This document shows positions 59,364 to 64,000 of a DNA stretch of 64,000 bases, piece by piece; positions within the stretch are counted from its first letter, which is position 1, and every line of letters starts with the position of its first letter. The notes beneath the pieces were generated by a model. The model was not told where the DNA came from. It saw only the letters and a list, made by a program, of their open reading frames with translations, and did not search any database. Made by a program: the position numbers and the translations under genes. The DNA lies in NCBI GenBank assembly GCA_017617115.1, contig JAFZXA010000080.1, positions 7,470 through 71,469 of the forward strand, in the 5' to 3' direction. The stretch is from Treponema sp. Lineage in GTDB: Bacteria; Spirochaetota; Spirochaetia; Treponematales; Treponemataceae.

Positions 59364-61244
59364 ATGACAGTATTTATATCATATGCTATTTTATTAAGTT
59401 TAGTTACCTTAACAAGTGTCTTATTCCTACGATTTTTTGCACTTGATTTTATCTATAACTCTCCGGAAGAGATGTTTATTGGCGGATTTGCAATCAATAT
59501 GATTGTATCTGTCTTTCTGCTGGTTGTGGTTTTGATTATTGCCTGGTTTTATTGCAGACCTTTTGATAAAACCCTTAAAAGAATAAAAGATGAAGGCTAT
59601 TCTCCTACCGAAGAAGAAACAAAAAAGTGTCTTGATACTTACAGAAAACTCAATATTTTAACTATAAGTGCAAATTTTATTGGATTTTTCGTAGGTCAGG
59701 TTTATATGGTATGGGATGGTATTCATGCCGGTCGTGCAGAATGGATACCTGTTCGTGCAGTTCTTATTGTTGCTCAGGCTGTTGCTTTCGGCGGTATTTC
59801 GTGCATGTCTACAGTAAATGGTCTTGATGCACTTTTGGCAAAACCACGTCAGTTTTTAAAAATCCAGTCAGTTGCGAACCTTAAAAAATACCGCTCCATG
59901 ACTCTTACAAGCATTCTTACAATGACCTTTTTTGTAACACTAATCTTTGTTTCGGTAAATATGCTTGCAACACTTTATGGTTCATTTGCAGTTCCAGATG
60001 AAGAGGTCTGGATGCAAAAAGGTGTTCTTTGCTTTATTCTTTCAATAATTCTTGCGGGATATCCTTTCCTTGTAATTATTTTTGGACTTACAGGCCGAAT
60101 GAAGCATGCTTCGCAGGTTATGGAAGATATTGCACAGGAAGGAGACCTTCAGCACCGTATTGATATTACAATTCTTGATGATTTTGGTGTTCTTACAACT
60201 TCTATAAACGAAATGATAGAAAAGCTTTCTGCAATGATTAAAGGTCTTATTGACAGCACAGAAAACGTTTCTTACACGTCAAAAATCATCAATGCGTCTG
60301 TATTTAATGCTTCAACTGCAATTAATGACTTTTCAACTACACTTGATCAGATTAATGCTAACTCAAGTGAACAGAATAACCTTGTATTGGAAGCCGATAA
60401 AAACATTTCGCGCCTTGCAAAGAGTGTTAAAACTATAAAGGAACATCTTGCAGAACAGGCAGACTCCGTAGCTACAATTTCTTCTTCAGTTACACAGATG
60501 ACTGCAAATATTGGTTCTGTTGCCGAAACTGCTGAAAAAGCTCGTTCTTCTGCTGAAATTTTAACTATGAAAAGCCAGGAAGGTCGTGAATCTATTGAAA
60601 ATGCAATTGCAACAATGCAGGCAATTCAAAAGAGCTCTGCCGAAGTTCAGGAATTTGTTAATATCATCAAAAATCTTGCAAGTCAGACAAACCTTCTTTC
60701 TATGAATGCTGCTATTGAGGCTGCACATGCCGGTCAGTTTGGTGCCGGATTTGCTGTAGTTGCCGAAGAAGTTCGTAATCTTGCAGAATCAAGTGCTAAG
60801 AGTGCAAGAAATATTCAGCAGCATATTGAAGAAATGATTGTTACAATTGATAACGGTGTAGAAACTATTAACTCAGCCGGTCAGTCATTTAATGAAATTA
60901 CACAAAAGGTTGAAGAAACCGCTCATTTTGTAGGTGAAATATCTGCCGCAATGGAAGAACAAAAAACTGGTGCAGCAGAAACACAGCAGGCAACAATTAC
61001 TGTTGTTGATGCCGTTCATGCCGTAAATGAACTTGCAGCAACTCAGACCGAAGATGCTACAAAGGTGCGTGAGTTTATGCGTACTGTAGTTAGTGCGTCT
61101 GAATCAACTCTTAAGGCTGTTCAAGACGGCGCAATTGCAACAATGCATTTGAAAGAGTCGGTACATGAAGTAAACGATTCGGCAACAAGCAATACACAGT
61201 CGGTAGACGTTATAGAACAACAGGTTGGACTGTTTAAGCTTTAA
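59364..61244 (+). CDS. methyl-accepting chemotaxis protein (6 TM, HAMP)
   Basis: GDL..RI...DDFG.L HAMP; QTNLLSMNAAIEAAHAG..G.GFAVVAEEVR.LAE. Confidence 0.96.
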   Translation: MTVFISYAILLSLVTLTSVLFLRFFALDFIYNSPEEMFIGGFAINMIVSVFLLVVVLIIAWFYCRPFDKTLKRIKDEGYSPTEEETKKCLDTYRKLNILTISANFIGFFVGQVYMVWDGIHAGRAEWIPVRAVLIVAQAVAFGGISCMSTVNGLDALLAKPRQFLKIQSVANLKKYRSMTLTSILTMTFFVTLIFVSVNMLATLYGSFAVPDEEVWMQKGVLCFILSIILAGYPFLVIIFGLTGRMKHASQVMEDIAQEGDLQHRIDITILDDFGVLTTSINEMIEKLSAMIKGLIDSTENVSYTSKIINASVFNASTAINDFSTTLDQINANSSEQNNLVLEADKNISRLAKSVKTIKEHLAEQADSVATISSSVTQMTANIGSVAETAEKARSSAEILTMKSQEGRESIENAIATMQAIQKSSAEVQEFVNIIKNLASQTNLLSMNAAIEAAHAGQFGAGFAVVAEEVRNLAESSAKSARNIQQHIEEMIVTIDNGVETINSAGQSFNEITQKVEETAHFVGEISAAMEEQKTGAAETQQATITVVDAVHAVNELAATQTEDATKVREFMRTVVSASESTLKAVQDGAIATMHLKESVHEVNDSATSNTQSVDVIEQQVGLFKL

Positions 61245-61257
61245 CAAGCGCGGTAAT

Positions 61258-62952
61258 CTACTTTATATCTTTCCTCATAATTTTACCGGATATTGTTTTT
61301 GGAAGACTGTCTTTGAAGTCTACAATACGCGGATATTTATAAGGTGCAGTAGTTTTCTTTACGAAATTCTGTATATCTTTTACTAAATCATCGCTTGGTT
61401 CATAGCCTTTGGCAAGTACGATTGTAGCTTTTACAACCTGACCGCGGACTGGATCTGGAGCTGCTGTAACTGCACATTCTACAACGGCCGGGTGCTGCAT
61501 AAGTACAGATTCTACTTCAAAAGTTCCGATTCTGTAGCCTGAACACTTAATTACATCGTCGTTACGGCCTGTAAACCAGAAATAGCCGTCTTCGTCGCGC
61601 CATGCGTTGTCAGATGTGTGATAGTAGCCGTCATGCATAACTGCTTTTGTGCGTGCCTGGTCACCAAAATATTCCATGAACAAGCCAGGGAAGTTTCCGT
61701 TTGACATATCAACTACAATTTCGCCGACTTCTCCGTCTTCTACTTCATTTCCTTCTTCGTCAATCAAGGTCACGTTGTAATAAGGTGCCGGTTTACCAAG
61801 ACTTCCCGGTTTTATTGGTTCATTACCAAAATTGAGCAAAGACAAGGTTGTTTCTGTCTGGCCAAAGCCTTCGTGAATTTCTTTACCTGTGATTTCTTTC
61901 CACTTGTTGAAAACTTCTTCACTAAGCGGCTCACCAGCTGTCGACCAATGTAGACAACTTGAGAAATCATATTTAGATAAATCTTCCTGAATTAAGAAAC
62001 GGTAGATTGTTGGAGGTGCACAGAATGATGTTATATGATGTTTTTCAATCTGCTTAATAAGGTCAACAGGCTTAAATTTATCATGATAGTCGTAAATGAA
62101 TACTGCACATTCAGCAATCCACTGACCGTAAAGTTTACCCCAAACTGCCTTTCCCCAGCCTGTATCGGCAACTGTAAGGTGGAGCCCGCCCTTTTGAACC
62201 TGCTGCCAGTAGCTTGCAGTAACAATGTGTCCAAGAGGATAAAGGAAGTTATGAGAAACAAGTTTTGGATGACTTGTAGTTCCCGATGTAAAATATGCAA
62301 GGAAAATATCATCATTTTTGCTTATATCTTCGCGTTTGAGTGCGTGGAATTCCTGAAGTTCACCCTCGCCTACATTTTTATAGCCTTCTGTAAAGTCAAG
62401 CCAGGTCGGGTGATTTTTCTTAAACTCATCACTCATTCCCTGGTCAATTCCAAACGGAGGAACTGCAACAAGAGTTTTTAGTGAAGGACATTCCTTCTGT
62501 GCATCTTCAATATATTTAAAAAGTTCACGATGATCTACTGCAACAACTGCCTTTATATAAGCCGCATTACAGCGGAAAACAATATCTTCTTTTGTGAGCA
62601 TGTGTGTTGCAGGAATTACTGCAGCACCGATTTTATGAAGTGCAACAATAGAAATCCAGAACTCATAACGTCGTTGTAAAATGAGCATTACAAAGTCACC
62701 GCGTTTAATACCGATACTACGGAAATATGCTGCTGCTTTGTCTGTACGTTCCTTGAGCTCACCAAAGGTCATTCGGAGTTCTTCATAGTTATCGTTGCAC
62801 CATATAAATGCAGTTGCATCTGGTGTGCGCTGTGCTAAAACATCAACAACATCGTAGCCAAAGTTGAAGTTTGCAGGGATTTTTATTTTATAATTTGCAA
62901 AAAAATCGTTGTAATCTTTAAATTCTGTTTGTTCTAGAAAGTCTTCTAACAT
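61258..62952 (-). CDS. AMP-binding acyl-CoA synthetase (medium-chain/acetyl-CoA synthetase-like)
   Basis: YFTSGTTSHPK, ADTGWGK, GFGQTET, GRNDDVIK.SGYRIG.FEVES, YKYPR, PKTISGKI. Confidence 0.94.
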   Translation of the reverse strand: MLEDFLEQTEFKDYNDFFANYKIKIPANFNFGYDVVDVLAQRTPDATAFIWCNDNYEELRMTFGELKERTDKAAAYFRSIGIKRGDFVMLILQRRYEFWISIVALHKIGAAVIPATHMLTKEDIVFRCNAAYIKAVVAVDHRELFKYIEDAQKECPSLKTLVAVPPFGIDQGMSDEFKKNHPTWLDFTEGYKNVGEGELQEFHALKREDISKNDDIFLAYFTSGTTSHPKLVSHNFLYPLGHIVTASYWQQVQKGGLHLTVADTGWGKAVWGKLYGQWIAECAVFIYDYHDKFKPVDLIKQIEKHHITSFCAPPTIYRFLIQEDLSKYDFSSCLHWSTAGEPLSEEVFNKWKEITGKEIHEGFGQTETTLSLLNFGNEPIKPGSLGKPAPYYNVTLIDEEGNEVEDGEVGEIVVDMSNGNFPGLFMEYFGDQARTKAVMHDGYYHTSDNAWRDEDGYFWFTGRNDDVIKCSGYRIGTFEVESVLMQHPAVVECAVTAAPDPVRGQVVKATIVLAKGYEPSDDLVKDIQNFVKKTTAPYKYPRIVDFKDSLPKTISGKIMRKDIK

Positions 62953-62966
62953 AATTTATCCTTTTG

Positions 62967-63107
62967 GAAAAATTGACTTGCGGGCCCCAGCGACGGCGTA
63001 AATCAAGGCATCCCCCAGTTTCCCGCTCACCATAATGACTGCGTCATTATGAGTTCGCTAACTGGGTCCCCCTTAATTTCCGCCTGCGTCCCACAAGTCA
63101 ATTTTTC
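62967..63107. repeat. 141-nt rod-like intergenic hairpin (MITE-like)
   Basis: GAAAAATTGACTTG/CAAGTCAATTTTTC 14-bp ends; nested imperfect stems GGCG..AAGG/CCTT..CGCC, CCCAGTT/AACTGGG, CATAATGAC/GTCATTATG. Confidence 0.8.
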
Positions 63108-63117
63108 AAATGTATAT

Positions 63118-63669
63118 TTATATAATAATTGCTAAAAATTTTGCCTTTTTATCATTAAGTGCCTGCATACCGTGTGGTTTTGTGGCATCAAAATAAACAC
63201 TATCACCTTCTTCCAGAATCATTTCTTTTCCATCGATAACCAGTTTCATTGATCCTTCAATCATGTATTCAAATTCGTGGCCCGGGTGGGAATTAAAATG
63301 AATCTCTTTTGTTTCTTCAGGCGTAATTGAAACAATAAAAGGATCAGCTTTGCGGTTCTGAAATCCTGCTGCCAGTGCCTGATATTTATAATCACTTCGG
63401 CGGTCTACTGAAAGTCCCTTGTCCTTTTTTGTAAGGCAGTAAGAGTGCATATGAGGTTCTTTACCAGAGATAAGGGTTCCAAGATCAATGCCATATTTTT
63501 TAGACATTGACTGTAAAATACCAACCGGAATATCTATAGTTCCTGTTTCATATTTTTCATACTGTTCAATAGAAATACCACAAACGCCAGCAGCTTCTTC
63601 AACTGTAACATCCATAATTTCGCGCAAACCCTTTAATCGGTCTGCAACAGCCTTAATCTCCTCGTTCAT
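63118..63669 (-). CDS. XRE-family HTH regulator with cupin domain
   Basis: RLKGLRE, YEKYETG, cupin H.GHEF.Y, GDSVYFDA..PH; upstream of acyl-CoA synthetase. Confidence 0.93.
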   Translation of the reverse strand: MNEEIKAVADRLKGLREIMDVTVEEAAGVCGISIEQYEKYETGTIDIPVGILQSMSKKYGIDLGTLISGKEPHMHSYCLTKKDKGLSVDRRSDYKYQALAAGFQNRKADPFIVSITPEETKEIHFNSHPGHEFEYMIEGSMKLVIDGKEMILEEGDSVYFDATKPHGMQALNDKKAKFLAIII

Positions 63670-63692
63670 AAAACACCTCGATATGATATAAG

Positions 63693-63740
63693 TGCGGTCC
63701 CTGCGGTCCCTGAGCTTGTCGAAGGGGGACCCGACAATCT
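63693..63740. repeat. chimeric family-B / truncated family-A repeat cluster
   Basis: TGCGGTCCC tandem x2 (63693-63710), GGTCCCTGAGCTTGTCGAAGGG (63705-63726), GACCCGACAATCT (63728-63740, 12/13 to 45402-45414). Confidence 0.82.
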
Positions 63741-63743
63741 CCT

Positions 63744-63772
63744 ATCTTAAAGGAAAAATCGGACAATTTCAA
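63744..63772 (-). promoter_or_regulatory. sigma70 promoter for the XRE-cupin / acyl-CoA synthetase operon
   Basis: minus strand TTGAAA, 17 nt, TAAGAT. Confidence 0.6.
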
Positions 63773-63893
63773 TAGAAATATTAAATATTATTAAACTTTT
63801 TTAGTATTATTAAAGTTTATTTGTATTTTTTAATTTTCCAAAATCTTCATTTTTGAAAAATTTATGCTATAATAAAGTATCCCGGAGGATTTT

Positions 63894-64000
63894 ATGCAGC
63901 AAAAAATCTCTGCTGAATATGAAAAATTCCTGAAATTAAACAGAATAAAAGTAAATAAATACATGAACAAAGTTTTATGGTTTTTTATTTTAGCGGGTCC
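63894..64000 (+). CDS. 5' part of a membrane protein (runs off window end)
   Basis: TGCTATAAT, GGAGG SD, ATG 63894: MQQKISAEYEKFLKLNRIKVNKYMNKVLWFFILAG. Confidence 0.7.
   Translation, partial: MQQKISAEYEKFLKLNRIKVNKYMNKVLWFFILAG

Noticed and set aside
1402-63740. CRISPR array interpretation of the short palindromic repeats
   Set aside because: Copies are dispersed or inverted rather than regularly spaced direct repeats, and there are no cas genes.

Overview
AT-rich chromosomal window, most likely from a gut or rumen Treponema (spirochaete-type gene order mltG-dnaG-rpoD-Zn-ribbon-rnpB-TPR-mreBCD-mrdA-rodA). Most of it is housekeeping: alr, folC, trpS, CCA-adding enzyme, glgA, mfd, two RluA synthases, yggS, rsmA, comEC, rnz, metG, three CCA-less tRNAs and RNase P RNA. 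Two things stand out. (1) A complete 3,800-bp IS66 element (26677-30476, perfect 8-bp target duplication) carries an intact lipoprotein passenger gene inside its transposition module, between tnpB and tnpC. (2) Several families of small palindromic REP/RPE-like elements occur between genes and also in-frame inside four protein-coding genes. One cluster of three elements makes up essentially the whole linker joining a GldFG-like permease to a DUF4340-like domain. Smaller oddities are an RluA gene whose 3' end is antisense to tRNA-Leu and its terminator, a tRNA-Thr with C55, and a pair of covarying intergenic hairpins. All family assignments come from motif recognition by eye, with no database search.
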